Assembly: GCF_006345805.1 (NCBI RefSeq)
Contig: NC_043017.1
Location: 12,648,001 to 12,712,000, forward strand
Origin: Octopus sinensis
Lineage: Eukaryota
Length of the DNA stretch: 64,000 nucleotides
Direction of reading: 5' to 3'
The notes beneath the pieces are model-generated. The model made no database searches. It was not told the DNA's origin and saw only the letters and a program-made list of their open reading frames with translations. This document shows positions 1 through 13,417 of this stretch, piece after piece. A program made the translations under genes and the position numbers. The number at the start of each line of letters is the position of its first letter. Within the stretch, counting starts at the first letter, position 1.

Positions 1-69
1 CACAACACATATATATACAACACACACACACACATATATACACACACACACACACACATAATACACACA

Positions 70-112
<43 letters not shown>

Positions 113-500
113 TTACACACACACCACACCACACACACATTACACAACACACAAACAAACACACACACACACCATATATTATACATATATATATATACAA
201 CACACACACACATATATATATAATATTAATATATACACACAACACACTTTACAAACACAACATGCATATATACATACACATTACTAACACAAATCCATGC
301 ACAACAAATATATACACATAAAATGCATACACTGAAAACACTCACACACTGTGCAGACACACATATGACCATAGACACAATACACGCAAACATTATACAA
401 ACACAAATGCAAAGCCATACATGTAAGCCAGCCCATACACACACATGCGCAGATGCTATGCATGTGCAAGTGCAACAGTAATACAAATATGCACACATAC
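1..500. repeat. Compound (CA)n/(TA)n microsatellite
   Basis: Near-continuous cacaca/tatata tracts; overlapping ORFs are C/V/Y low-complexity read-through. Confidence 0.95.
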
Positions 501-502
501 AC

Positions 503-727
503 ATACTCTTTTACTCTTTTACTTGTTTCAGTCATTTGACTGCGGCCATACTGGAGCACCACCTTTTAGTCGAGCAAATCGACCCCGGGACTTATTCTTT
601 GTAAGCCCAGTACTTATTCTATCGGTCTCTTTTGCCGAACCGCTAGGTGACGGGGACGTAAAAACACCAGCATCGGTTGTCAAGCAATGCTAGGGGAACA
701 AACACAGACACACAAAGACACACATAC

Positions 728-772
<45 letters not shown>

Positions 773-929
773 GACAGGCTTCTGTCAGTTTCCGTCTACC
801 AAATCCACTCACAAGGCATTGGTCGGCCCGGGGCTATAGCAGAAGACACTAGCCCAAGATGCCACGCAGTGGGACTGAACCCGGAACCATGTGGTTGGTT
901 AGCAAGCTACTTACCACACAGCCACTCCT
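503..929 (-). mobile_element. tRNA-derived SINE family A (CORE-like CCTTGGGCAAGT centre, internal microsatellite), young full-length copy
   Basis: Reverse complement of head aggagtggctgtgtggtaagtagcttgc through tail gactgaaacaagtaaaagagtaaaagag; near-identical to copies at 26434, 28741, 42486, 47523, 63572. Confidence 0.9.
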
Positions 930-2035
930 ACACACACTATATAAACACAACACATTCAACATTATAAAAATCATACATACATTTAGGCAAACCCATACAT
1001 ACACACACGCCATATAAGTACAAACACAATATTAATACGTATAAGTGTGCATACAAATACACACACATTCACAAACACATGCACTATATATAACACACAC
1101 ACACACAGACTCAGAGAAACAGCTGTCTCTAAGTGAAGCAGACATGTTGAGAAGGCAATCCAAATCAGACCAATGAACGATTGTTGCATTGATATTTTTA
1201 CACGGCAGATACAGACATGCAACAATAAAGACTCCGTTGATTCGACAAACTCTGCGAGTCTTGTGTGCAGTAGCAGCAGCGGGTGGTGTTGATGTTATGT
1301 GTGTGCAACGGTGCGAAAGGTTGGCACTAGATTTGCATACATGCATCTATGTTTAGCATTGGAACTGCCGAGACAAGAATTACTACAGAATTTCAAATCA
1401 GGTCACAAAATAGACTTTGGTTAGGTTTTTTTGTCTTTTTGGTTTTTTTTTTTGGTTTTTTTTTGTTTTTAGTTTTTCCTGAAACAAAATGTATACATAC
1501 ACACACACATGCAAGCACATACACACAAGCAACACACACACACACACACACACACATATTCATATTATAGCATGCTGATACGAACATATACTCAAGCTAG
1601 GTGCATGCACACCAGTTTTAGTTTTATAAAACACACACACACACACACATGGATATACACATACATAAATGCACACACACACACACTACACACATTCATA
1701 AGGCAGAATGCAGACAGAAATGCATATATATACACACACACAGGCTTAAGCGCATGTTCAATGGCGTTTGCAGTTTTCTAATAAAATACACAACACATAT
1801 GTACACATGCACACACACAACACAGAATATCAAACACATTCATACAAGAGCATACAGATAAAGAAAAACAAACACAGACATATATATACACATGCATGCA
1901 CGCACATGTGGGTATAAATGCTAGCATATGAATGACTACTTTGCTAGCCATTCATATGCTTGTGTAGACACAAACCAACGCACCCGTGTATATAAAGAAA
2001 CATAGGCAGTTTATATATGAGTACGCATATATAAA

Positions 2036-2341
2036 CCGTTACTTAGCGGTTCAGCAAAAGAGACCAATAGAATAAGTACTGGGCTTACAAAAGAATAAGT
2101 CCCGGGGTCAAGTTGCTTGATTAAAGGTGGTGCCCCAGCATGGCCGCAGTCGAATGACTGAAACAAGTAAAAGAGTAAAAGGGAGATATATCTATGGATG
2201 TATACTCTTTACTCTTTACTTGTTTCTGTCATTTGACTGTGGCCATGCTGGAGCACCGCCTTTAGTCGAGCAAATCAACCCCAGGACTTATTCTCTGAAA
2301 GCCTAGTACTTATTTTATCACACACACACACACACATATAT

Positions 2342-2378
<37 letters not shown>

Positions 2379-2557
2379 AACACACACACACACATACATA
2401 TGTACACAATGGGCTTCTTTCAGTTTCCATCAACCAAATCTACTCATAACACTTAGGTCAGGCTTTAGTAGAAGACACTAGCCCAGGTTGGCATGCAAAG
2501 GGACTGAACCCAGAACTATGCGATTGGGAGGCAAACTTCTTACATCACACCTATGCC
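2036..2557. mobile_element. Two SINE family A pieces tail-to-tail (3' half on +, 2036-2181; diverged copy on -, 2203-2557)
   Basis: Both match the family A tail ccagcatggccgcagtc..gactgaaacaagtaaaagag. Confidence 0.85.
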
Positions 2558-3319
2558 TGTAGCTGTTCAATATCCTTCAGTGATGTATATTGGTGAAAGA
2601 CTGAAGAATGAAAGACAAAAACAGAACGAATAAATCAGCGCTGCTGAGCCAAAGTTCCCTGTGATATTTGTTCTGCTCGACTTGCTCAGACGATCCCTTG
2701 TTAATTCTCGATATCATAAATGTATTGAACCAATGAATGAATGAATGACCAGTTGGAAAAACAGGAACTGACAATGGCCACTGTTCATAAAATGTGATTG
2801 GAAATAAAAACACCAAAAGAAAATTGACAAAGAATGGAAATTAAAAACTAAAAGAGGTGAAAAAAAAAAACTAATGAAAACTTACAATAATAAAGAAATT
2901 TTTTTCAAAAGAGTATATGAACATAACATGGTTAGTCATTATTCTATTGAATGGGATCGGAACTTCATGGAATATTCTCATATTCTGGCAAATGTAGAAC
3001 TCGGGTTTTAACAAAACAATCATGTGATTGCTACCACATGTGATGACTTTCACAATACAGACACTGTTACAACAAGGAGATAGTTTCACTCGAAATTACT
3101 GCCCGACCCCTAACACCTCCGCTCCTAATACTTGAGAGCTACTTCATTTTATCAACCCCAAAAAACCCAACCCCATCCCGAAGGATGAAATGACCCCCAG
3201 GGGAACTAGAATAATGTATCAAGAGAATGGAATGCAAAGTCAGTGTCAGCATTCTAATTCAGAATATTGAGGGACAAGACTAAATACCTCACTACTAGCC
3301 ATGATGATGATGATGATAA

Positions 3320-3575
3320 TAATAATAATAATCCTTTTTACTATAAGCACAAGACCTGAAATTTGGAAGGAGGGGGAGGCCAATCAATTAGATTGACCCC
3401 AGTAGGCAACTGGTACTTAATTTATTGACCACTACCACCCCGCACTCCCCAGTAGGATGACAGGCAAAGTCGACCTCGGGGGAATTTGAACTCAGAACAT
3501 AAAGACAGGCAAAATACTACAAAGCGTTTCACCTGGCATGCTAATGATTCTGCCAGCTCGCTGCTTTATTAATAA

Positions 3576-3606
<31 letters not shown>

Positions 3607-4050
3607 AATAATCCTTTCTACTAAAGGCACAAGGCTTGAAATTTTGGTGGGGAGGGACTAGTTGATTACATTGATTTATTAACTCCGAAAGGATAAAAGG
3701 TAAAGTTGACCTCAGCAGAACTTGAACCCAGAATGTAGCAACAGGCAAAAATACCACTAAGCATTTCATCCAGTGTGTTTAATGATTCTGCCAGCACACT
3801 GCCTTCTTAATAAATATATTAATTGCAATATTAATAATGGTTTCAAATTTTGCCACAAGGGTTAGCTATTTTGAGGAAGGGGATAAGCCGATTACATCAA
3901 CCCCAATGTCCAACTGGTACTTATTATATTGACCTCAAGAGGATGAAAGGCAAAGTTGACCTCAGCGGAATTTGAACTCAGATCGGAGTGACGGGAGAAA
4001 TTCTGCTAGCATTTTGTCCAGCATGCTAACGATTCTGCCAGCTTGCCGCC
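3320..4050 (-). mobile_element. Three stacked diverged SINE family B copies separated by (AAT)n
   Basis: Repeated cgaaaggatgaaaggcaaagtcgacctcggcggaatttgaactcag core (Meta-domain-like, from memory) and ctgccagctcgccg head. Confidence 0.8.
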
Positions 4051-5344
4051 TTCTTAATAATAATAATAATAATAATAATATTAATAATAATAATGGCTTC
4101 AAATTTTGCCACAAGGGCAACCATTTTGGGGGAGGGGGATGAGTAATAATAATAATAATAATGAAAATGTTTTGCTCTTGCTGAAGGCCACAAATTTTCA
4201 CAGTGATTGGTGAAGGTGGGGGGGGGGGGCGCAGGATATTTCACAAATGGATGATTTTGAATAATGAAGTTCTAAATATCCTCAAGAAAGAGAGGAAGGA
4301 GGGAAGGATGTTCCTGAGTCGGAGGGGAAAACAACTTGGATCATAGTGTTGCTTGGTCAAGTTGACCTGGGGCTAAAACAACAACAAATAAATAAATAAA
4401 TAAATAAAGCCCCCAAGGCTGCTTTACCTGAACAACATGAGAAGAGACAGGGCCAGATAGAGAGAGTGAGAGGGAGGGGGAGAGGGAGATACAGGCAAAC
4501 AGGGAGAAAAAAGAGAAAAAGACAGAAGGAAACAGAGAGAGAAGGGGAGGGAAGGGGGAAATAGTGACAGAATATTTGAATAAAACAATCTACTTTGAGC
4601 TGGGGGGGGAACAGGATGGAGGAGGAGGAAGGGCACATGGTCCCTCTTCCCCCTCCCCCCTCATCCACCCACGCTTTCGGACCTCTACCCTCACCCCACC
4701 CGGAATTGCTAACCGGGGAGAGAGACAAGGAGCAATGTGAGGATTAAACCAAAAATATCCCCGGGGGTGGGGGGGTACAGGGGAGTCGAATGTAGCGGGG
4801 GGGGGGAGCCTGTAAGAGTGCTGTTACCATCAATGGTTAGTCACCACCACTACCACCACCACCACCACCACCACCATCATTAGTGCAGTATGTGATGATG
4901 AAATAACAGTGGGTCCATTGTTTTTGCCACGGAACCACATGTTGGATGATGATGTCAGCAGAGAAGCTGACTGAAATTGAGTGTGTGGATGGGTGGGGTG
5001 GAGAGGTGGAAAGGGGGTGGGGAGGAAAGGAGGGGTTGATTAAGAAGGAGGGGAAGGAAAAGAGAGGGAGAGAGGGAGGAGGAAGGAGACAAGTGGTAAA
5101 TGGGAATAAAGGGAGGAGAGCAGGTTTCCATAGTTGCTTCTTTTTATAACTGTGTGTGCATGTATGTATGTGTGTATGTATGTGTGCGTGTGTGTAAACA
5201 CACACACACACACACACACATGAAATATAAATGGGTGGGGGGAAGGTTAAGAAGAGGAGGGCAAGAGAGGCTGCCAAAGTTTCTTTGTTATGATAGAGAA
5301 AAAACAGAGGACAGTGAAAGAAGAAAACCAGAGAGGAAGAGAGA

Positions 5345-5500
5345 GGAGAGGCGAGACAAGAGAGAGAGAGAGTAGACAAGAGAGAGAGAGAGTAGACAAG
5401 AGAGAAGAGAGAGTAGACAAGAGAGAGAGAGAGAGAGTAGACGAGAGAGAGAGAGGAGAGTAGACAAGAGAGAGAGAGAGAGAGTAGACAAGAGAGAGAG
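5345..5500. repeat. About 20-bp minisatellite (gagtagacaagagagagaga) x about 8
   Basis: Direct inspection. Confidence 0.85.
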
Positions 5501-5739
5501 GAGAGAGGGAGTGTATTTGTCATGTGGGTGATAGTGATAACCCTGCATGGAGGGGAGGGGAAAGAGGGCTAAGTGTTCCCCTTCATTGATTGTTCTACCA
5601 TGTAGCCCTACAGAGCAGGAGAAGGGTACAGGATAATACCCCAACTAAGCAGGGAGGAGAGGTTATCAACATGTATACAAGCACCTGTTTTGTACGAATA
5701 TGCAGTTTCTGTATATTTATATATTCATACACATACATG

Positions 5740-5775
<36 letters not shown>

Positions 5776-5794
5776 GCGATATGCTGTGCTTGAG

Positions 5795-6205
5795 AAGACC
5801 TGGCAAGCCAAGTGAGACCATAATTGTGGCCTATGCCAGTGCAGCATAACCAGCCCATTTAAGAGTACCCTTCAACCATTGTGTAATAAAATGTGCTTGC
5901 AAAGACCTGTTGAGGCAAGTGAAGTCATTGTTGTGGGTGGGCACGTAAGAAGCACCATTCGAGCATGGTCGATGCCAGTGCTGCCTGACTGGCTCCTATG
6001 CCAGTGCCGGCTGACTGGTTCCATGCTGATGGCATGCAAAAAGCACCATTCAAGCATGGTTGATGCCAGTACCGCCTAACTGGCCCTCGTGCTGGTGGCA
6101 CATAAAAAACACCCACTACACTCTCATAGTGGTTGGTATTAGAAAGGGAATCCAGCTGTAGAAACTTTGCCAGATCGGATTGGAGCCTGGTGCAGCCTTC
6201 TGGCT
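5795..6205 (-). mobile_element. Family D repeat (RTE-tail-like SINE) fragment
   Basis: Contains the reverse complement of the family D core motif (ggttggtattagaaagggaatccagctgtag here) and gattggagcctggtgcagccttctggc shared with 39690-39926. Confidence 0.7.
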
Positions 6206-6209
6206 GTTG

Positions 6210-6830
6210 TCTAAAGCTTTATGTAGCCCGTATGGCTTGTTGAGTGACATGCAATGTGACAAACATGGTTTTCATGTAGAGTTCTATGGATCATATATGT
6301 ATGATGTTAAGTAGGGTGTCATGTAACAGACATGGTCAGTTATATTGGAGTTTCATGTGGCACTCACACTTTGTTGTTTGTAGTGTTATGTAGTACATGT
6401 GGTGCTCTGCTGTGTGGTTTTCCATGTAACATACATGGTTTGTTGTATGGAATTTTACGTGGTACATGGTTTGTTGTGTGGAATTTCATGGTCATTTGTG
6501 CAGAGCATCATGTGGCACACAAGTAGCTTGTCAAGTATGTCATGTGACCCACATGGTCTGTTATGTTAGAATTTCATGTAGCACACATAGTGGTTCATTT
6601 AATGGAGTGTCATGTGATAGACATGGTCTGTCAAGAGGATGATCATGTGACATACATGTTCTGCTGTGGAGTGTCACGTGACTCTTTTGGTCAGTTGTGA
6701 GGTGTATCATGTGGCACAAATGGTCTGTCTGGCATGTGGAGTGATAAGTATCAAAACACATGTAGTCATCCATGTGGCTTGTTATCATGTGGTATGTTGA
6801 GCGACATGACAGACTTGGCCTGTAAACATT
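6210..6830. repeat. Degenerate ~31-33 bp tandem repeat rich in CATGTG/CACATG
   Basis: Recurring gtgtcatgtgacagacatggtctgttgtgtgga-like unit. Confidence 0.65.
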
Positions 6831-7159
6831 CACGTAAACAAACCACCGCCATCACCACCACAACAAACATACACTCTGCCTAAAACACAGACAACAAACA
6901 GACAGACAGCTTCCAGCTATGGCTGGAATGTCCGACATCAATAAATCTGTGAAGAATTTAACCAATGTGGTGGTGGTGGTAGAGAGGTCAAACATGAAAC
7001 CATTGCCAAGACACCAACCTAACAACCAATCAACCAGACACCCCCTCCCCTCAAACTGTGATTTTACAATAACATCTCTTTCATTTACATTTAATTAATT
7101 ACATAATATACGCCACGGTCTTCACTAATTAACAACACTTAATCAGTGTGCTTTGATAT

Positions 7160-7830
7160 ATATGTTGTTGTTGTTGTTGTTATTGTTAATGATGATGGGG
7201 TGGGTGTATGGCAGTGTTGTGTGATGGTAGTGATGGTGGTGGTGGTGGTAGTGATAGCAGTGGTGATGATGGAGATGGTGGTGGTGGTGGTGGTGGTGGT
7301 TGTGATGATGAGGATGGTGGTAGTGATGATGATGGAGATGGCAGTGGTGATGATGGAGATGGTGGTGGTGGTTGTGATGATGAGGATGGTGGTTGTGATG
7401 ATGAGGATGGTGGTTGTGATGATGATGGAGATGGCAATGGTGAAAAAGATGGTGTTGATGGAGATGGTGGTGGTGGTGGTGGTTTGATGATGAGGATGGT
7501 GGTTGTGATGATAGAGATGGTAGTAGTGATGATGATGGAGATGGCAATGGTGAAAGAGATGGTGTTGATGGAGATGGTGGTTGTGGTGGCTGTGATGATG
7601 AGGATGGTGGTTGTGATGATGATGAAGATGGCAATGGTGAAAAAGATGGTGGTGGTGGTGGTTGTGATGATGAGGATGGTGGTTGTGATGATAGAGATGG
7701 TAGTAGTGATGATGATGGAGATGGCAATGGTGAAAGAGATGGTGTTGATGGTGGTGGTTTATAGGTGAGGCGTGATGATAGTGATAGTGATGGTGGTTGA
7801 TAGGATGAAATGTGGTGGTGGTCACGGTGG
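7160..7830. repeat. (GAT/GGT)n trinucleotide field with ~180-bp higher-order duplication
   Basis: Block gatgatagagatggtagtagtgatgatgatggagatggcaatggtgaaagagatggtgttgatgg at about 7505 and 7685. Confidence 0.85.
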
Positions 7831-8119
7831 TGTTGGTGAAAACAGTAGTGATAAAACAAATATGGATGGTAAGTACCATAAAGCAGCTCTAATCCAAGAC
7901 CAAGCTGTCAGTCAGAAGCTCCACCACCACCACCACCACCATCACTACTACTTTCACCACTAGGAATACCATCATTACCTCCACATAAATACTGCCCCAC
8001 TACCACCTATACAGCAGTTTTCCACCACTATCGTCACCATCACTACCACCACAACCATCATCATCATGATTGTCATCAGTTATACATGGTTCCTGCCCCG
8101 TCATTGCCGCCAGTGGCAT

Positions 8120-8435
8120 GCCATTAGTTGCAATGACAACGGTTCCAGTTGATCCAATCAACGGAACAGCCGGCTTGTGATATTAATGTGCAAGTGGCTG
8201 AGTACTCCACAGATACATGTAACTTTAATGTAGTTCTCTCAAGGAGGTTCAGCTTAACACAGAATGTGACAAAGGCTGGTCGTTTTGAACTACAGGTACA
8301 AATCATTTTTGCCAGGTGAGTGGACAGGAGCAATGTGAAATAAAGTGTCTTGCTCAAGGACACAACGCGCCACCAGGAATCGAACTCACAACTTTACGAT
8401 CATGAGTTGAACACCTTGAACCACTAGGCCACATG
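8120..8435 (-). mobile_element. tRNA-derived SINE family C
   Basis: Reverse complement of tggcctagtggttcaaggtgttcaactcatgatcgtaaag head and gttgtgtccttgagcaagacact centre; matches 37349, 37785, 61666. Confidence 0.8.
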
Positions 8436-8604
8436 TTTTTACTCACCACCACCACAACCAGCATCATCATGATCATCCTCATTAGCTTTTATAAGTTCAC
8501 TGCCTCGCCACCATCACCATCACCATCATCATTGTCATCATCATCATCATGGTCATCGTCATCATCATCATCATGGTCATCATCAGCTCTACATGTTAAC
8601 TGTT

Positions 8605-8750
8605 CCTACTACCTATTTCTTTACTACCCACAAGGGGCCAAACACAGAGAGGACAAACAAGGACGCACAAACGGATTAAGTCGATTATATCGACCCCAGT
8701 GCATAACTGGTACTTATTTAATCGACCCCGAAAGGATGAAAGGCAAAGTC
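8605..8750 (-). mobile_element. SINE family B 3' part
   Basis: cctatttctttactacccacaaggggc tail and atcgaccccgaaaggatgaaaggcaaagtc core. Confidence 0.85.
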
Positions 8751-9259
8751 TTTCTACTACCAACACCCACCACCCATACTGGCATAAACACAGGAGCAAG
8801 TCTTCAGCACAGCAAGAAAGTTTCTACTGTGCCTTTTATACTTTGTCAATGCCACCATCACCACTCACCACCGCCATCATCACCATCCAAGAACAGCCAA
8901 GCATTTGGGTATTGGAGAACCAGTGGGTGTAGATGACATAGCATAGGGTTGTTGCATATATACATGGACATAGAGAAACACACACACATATGAGGAAACA
9001 GTAATATAAAACAGCTCCCCACCGCACCTTTGGTTCTCTATATTTCATTTTCTGATTTTTTTTTTTCGTTCTTGTGTGTGGGAGTAGATGTGGAGATGTG
9101 TTAATGTTATGATACGGTAAATTAATGTTCAATCGTGTAAAACACTGTAACTGATTCCATTAATATATACAAACATACGTGTAATGTATATGTACATACA
9201 TGTACACATCAGTCAGTAAATATATATATCTATACACATAATACATATAAGGTAACATT

Positions 9260-9397
9260 ATGTGTGTGTGTGTGTGTGCGCGTAAATATATATACATACA
9301 TATATACCATATGTGTGTGTATATATATACACATATTATACATACACATACACATTTTAGATATAAATATTTATGTACTTATGTGTGTGTGTATGGA

Positions 9398-9469
<72 letters not shown>

Positions 9470-9555
9470 GATATATATATGTGTGTATATATATACACAC
9501 ACACATATACCATATATGTTTGTGTGTGTGTGTGTCTATACACACACACACATAT
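9260..9555. repeat. Compound (TA)n/(TG)n microsatellite
   Basis: Direct inspection. Confidence 0.9.
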
Positions 9556-10681
9556 TAATGTTTGCTTTTGTTATAATAAAAACACTTCGCATCAAGCTGA
9601 ATGATTACTCAATGCATTTGGAAGAATACAAATTTATTGTTCTTTAACAGGAATAGTACTGACAGTGACAACGGAGTTTTTCGCCAGCTAAGCCCTCATA
9701 TAATAGAGGCAAATACTGTGATCATAAATGGGAAATGCAGGTCATAAATGAGAAAAGCAAACTGCAAAAAAAAAAACATTTGTTTATAGTGATCAAATGT
9801 GGATACTTTATATTACCTAACTTCCTCCATCAAATCGACATTACCTGTACAGATGCACAATGTGCCTACCGCACATCTAATATCAAAATGATTGCAGAAT
9901 GAAATGTTTTGCTTAAAAACACAATGCACTGCCCAGTCAAGGAATTGAAACCACAATCTTGCAGTTATGAGTGTGACACTGTAACCAGACAAATATTGCT
10001 AAGCATTTTTTATCCACCGCTTTCCCCAAACTAACCATTCTTCCTTTATTTAACTTGGCACTGTAAACACAGGCACCAAAACCCTTGCTCATTGTTGAAA
10101 TATTTTGCCCATATATGGAATCATGCTGCTTGTGACCATATTTTCCTCCAGTCCCCTCTCTTCCTGGCTAAAATTTATAAAGGTACAAAGGAAGACTGTT
10201 TTAATGAACAAGTTATCTCTTCATTCTGTTTTTTTTTAAACCATTTTTTGTATTTTGTCTCTTTCATACTGCACAGTTGGTGTTCATTTGTATAAAAATT
10301 GTATGTGTGTATATAACGTAAGTAGTTCAGATAACTAAAAAAAAACACACACACTAAAGCATTAGAGCTGTAATATATTTTGTAGGAAGTTATACTGATA
10401 AAGCACCTTTATAGGTGTGAAACCATTGGCCACTCTATGACCAACCATAATTTAAATTTTTAACTTCCTAGAATATATATGTGTGTGTGTGTGTGCGTAC
10501 ATAGAAATACATATATGTGTATGTGTATATATGCGTGTATAATCTTGTATGTGTGTGTATGTGTGTGTGTGTGTAGGCACAGTAAACCTTTCATATCCCA
10601 CCAAACAGATAAAACCTTACATGGGCGAAGACCTTCTTTATCCTGAGGTGCCGGTCTTTCTCCTTTCCCTACCCACTGTCT

Positions 10682-11260
10682 TCAGCACTTGATATTTTTA
10701 CAGAAAACCCATTTCTTGTCACCAGTCACCATTCGGTCCAATAAAGGTTCATTCATGAGACATGACAGCAAAGAAGAGCACACATTCACTCTCTGCGCAC
10801 GATTAGACACGGAAAGTTTGTGAGGAACCCATTGACCCAATTTGCTGACTTTTCTGATGGCATGCAAGTGTCAATGAGTGGATGAATGATCAAATCCAAG
10901 CTCCTCTGCTAGTTCCTCAACAGTTACAAAGGGGTTTTGTTCCACCAGGGTTTGCAGGGTGTCTTTATCAAGCTCTACAGATCTTCCAGGATAGGGCTTG
11001 TCTTCTAGGCTGTAGTTCTGGCCCAGGATTTCTGGAACCACTGTTGACACTGGCTTACACTTATTATCTGATCCCCATAGACTGCATTCATATTTTTCAC
11101 CCTTTCCATTGCATTGTTGCCTTTATTAAACTCATAAAGCAAAATATGCTGAATATACTCCTTTGTCACTTCCATCTTAGCTTTAAAAAATAACTGTTAA
11201 AATGGAACTGCACTCTTCAAAACAAGCACTAAGAATAAGGATATGGTAAAATTACTACCT
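10682..11260 (-). pseudogene. Decayed mariner transposase (N-terminal HTH region to first catalytic Asp motif)
   Basis: Minus-strand translation from ATG at 11175 gives MEVTKEYIQHILLYEFNKG..; downstream piece gives WVPHKLS and LDRMVTGDKKW, matching mariner WVPHEL and DRIVTxDEKW motifs; frameshifts and stops present, C-terminal half missing. Confidence 0.9.
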
Positions 11261-11399
11261 GCTAAATTACTACTAAAATATCAGTGATCTATTGAGGTCT
11301 TACAGAAAAACCAAAGTATATCACTTAGAATTCACACCAAAACAAGCAGATTATATAGATGTTTATAAAATCACATTACATATTATGTATATATACTCA

Positions 11400-11401
11400 C
11401 A

Positions 11402-11457
<56 letters not shown>

Positions 11458-11692
11458 CAAACACGGAGATAAATGCATGTACATGACAGTGACAATATAT
11501 ATATATATATATATACAGATAGATAGATTGATAGATATAATATATATATATATATATATAGATAGATAGATTGATAGATATAATATATATATATATACAG
11601 ATAGATAGATTGATAGATATAATATATATATATATACAGATAGATAGATTGATAGATATAATATATATATATACAGATAGATAGATTGATAG

Positions 11693-11730
<38 letters not shown>
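11400..11730. repeat. (TA)n plus ~40-bp minisatellite (cagatagatagattgatagatataatatata..) x 5-6
   Basis: Direct inspection. Confidence 0.85.
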
Positions 11731-12328
11731 GTGCAAAGATAAGTACACATACACGCACGCACGCATGCACACGCACACACACCACAAATTGACTGACACT
11801 GATTTCCATTATAAAATTAAAAATAAAATAGATGACAAACAGAAAAGAGGGGGGGAGAGAGAAAGAGATTAAATAGTAAAAAGTGAAAAAAATATACAGA
11901 AACTTCCAAAAAAATCTCTTAATTCACAATGGTTTCACTTTCCCATTGTTACCAGCAAGAAAGAAAAAAAAAATCCCATCAAACAAAAATTAAATAAAAT
12001 AAGCCAAGCTATAAAAAAATACAACTCTTTCAAAGACAGATTGTGCTATATTCTATATATAGCAGTTTAACAAGTCGTTACAAGATTTCTCTGGTGGGGG
12101 GTTTTAGCTTTTGTTGTTGTTGTTGTTTTTTCATGTACTGTTTGAACTTAAGAAGAAACTACTAAAGAAATTGAACTCTAATCCGATTTATTAGCAATTA
12201 GAGTTTACCAATGCCATATCTATCTATCTATCTGTCTATCGATCTATCTATTTACCTCTGTGTGTATGTATGAAGATGAATAGACAGAGAGATAGATATT
12301 TATGAGATGACAAAGAAATAACTGATTA

Positions 12329-12546
12329 TCTTACAAACTCCATTAGCTTACAGCCGTTTCTGCTATTAGATGCTGTGGACTCATGGCTGAGTGCCTGTGT
12401 AATGCCTTACAGTTTCATCAGAGCACTTAATGTGCACTTCAGGTTTGAGGTTCTGATGAAGCTATAAGGTAATTACTCAGGCACTCAACTATGAGTCCAC
12501 TGCATCTTACAGTGGAAACAGTTGTAAGCTAATGAAGTTCATAAGA
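12329..12546. mobile_element. Foldback MITE with ~100-bp arms and TA TSD (Tc1/mariner-type)
   Basis: ta|tcttacaaactccattagcttacag...ctgcatcttacagtggaaacagttgtaagctaatgaagttcataaga|ta; arms about 80% complementary. Confidence 0.7.
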
Positions 12547-12827
12547 TAATCCTTTGTTCCTTTGTCATTTTTTTTCTTATTATCACTCTGTACCTGACTG
12601 AAGCTTCATTCAGAAGCACAATATATTGAGTTCTATTACTATTGCAATACCTAAAAGAAATATCAAAACATGTATATATATACATATATAGAGAGAGGCA
12701 CAGGAGTGGCCTTGTGGTAAGTATCTTGCTTACGAACCACATGGTTCCAGGTTCATTCCCACTGTGTGGCACCTTGGGCAAGTGTCTTCTACTATAGCCT
12801 CAGGCCAACCAAAGAAAACTGTCATAT

Positions 12828-13040
12828 ATATATATAGTTAATCCAAACAAGAAAACAAAAAGAAACAACAACGCAAGGACGTGGAACAAATAAAGTATTA
12901 TTGGACGCTCAGGAAAGAAGGGAAGAAGAAGGGTTTGACGTTTCGAGCAGAGCTCTTCGTCGGAAACATAGGAGAAGGAAAGATCCCGAGAAGGGAAGAC
13001 AGGGGAAAAAAAATCGCTAGTGATACAGACGAGGTCATAT
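12828..13040 (-). mobile_element. Penelope-like retroelement terminal (pLTR-type) fragment inserted in (TA)n
   Basis: Contains ttgacgtttcgagc..gctcttcgtcgg, the antisense hammerhead signature typical of PLE ends; related decayed copy at 25008-25175. Confidence 0.6.
12933..12967 (-). ncRNA. Minimal type I hammerhead ribozyme motif (dimeric PLE type), U4C variant
   Basis: Minus strand GUUU-CCGACGA-A-GAGC-ucu-GCUC-GAAA-C-GUC-AAAC: 4-bp stem I, 4-bp stem II, palindromic ACGU stem III. Confidence 0.65.
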
Positions 13041-13417
13041 ACACTATATATATGTGTATGTGTGTGTGTGTGCGTTTGTGTCTGTGTTTGTCCCCCCAAC
13101 ATCACTTGACAACCGATGTTGGTGTGTTTACGTCCCTGTAACTTAGTGGTAGTAGTGGTAGTATAAGAAACCAGTTTCCCTTGCGCACTTGTTTCTCCTT
13201 CCTTTTCTGCAACTAAATAACAACTAAAAACAGTTCCTGCACTTCCAGTTACCATTTTATCTCTTAATATGTTTTATATACATTCTTTGTATCTTATTCT
13301 ACTCAAAGCTTGAATGGCGAGATTCTTAGGAGTTGCATGTTAGGTGGTGGCTGACAGTGAGCAGGATAGCAGAGGTGGTAGTATTTCAGTGTGGGTGTCT
13401 GCTGCTGGGGGTGGTGA

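Larger units (their letters stand above)
12697..13150 (+). mobile_element. SINE family A interrupted in its microsatellite zone by a Penelope-LTR-like element
   Basis: Head 12697-12813, resumes about 13060-13150. Confidence 0.8.

Noticed and set aside
503-929. tRNA genes at SINE heads (here and in other copies)
   Set aside because: A/B-box-like heads continue into SINE bodies and lack a full cloverleaf; these are SINEs, not tRNAs.
1215-1365. 45-codon open frame in unique DNA (..QTLRVLCAVAAAGGVDVMC..)
   Set aside because: No convincing splice sites or homology; length is within chance expectation.
7139-7963. Long His-, Ser- or Gly/Asp-rich ORFs (up to 246 aa)
   Set aside because: All six frames derive from GAT/GGT trinucleotide repeats; no splice or domain evidence.
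9651-9740. Plus-strand exon NSTDSDNGVFRQLSPHIIEANTVIINGKC
   Set aside because: Good acceptor but weak GTCATA donor and no recognisable homology.
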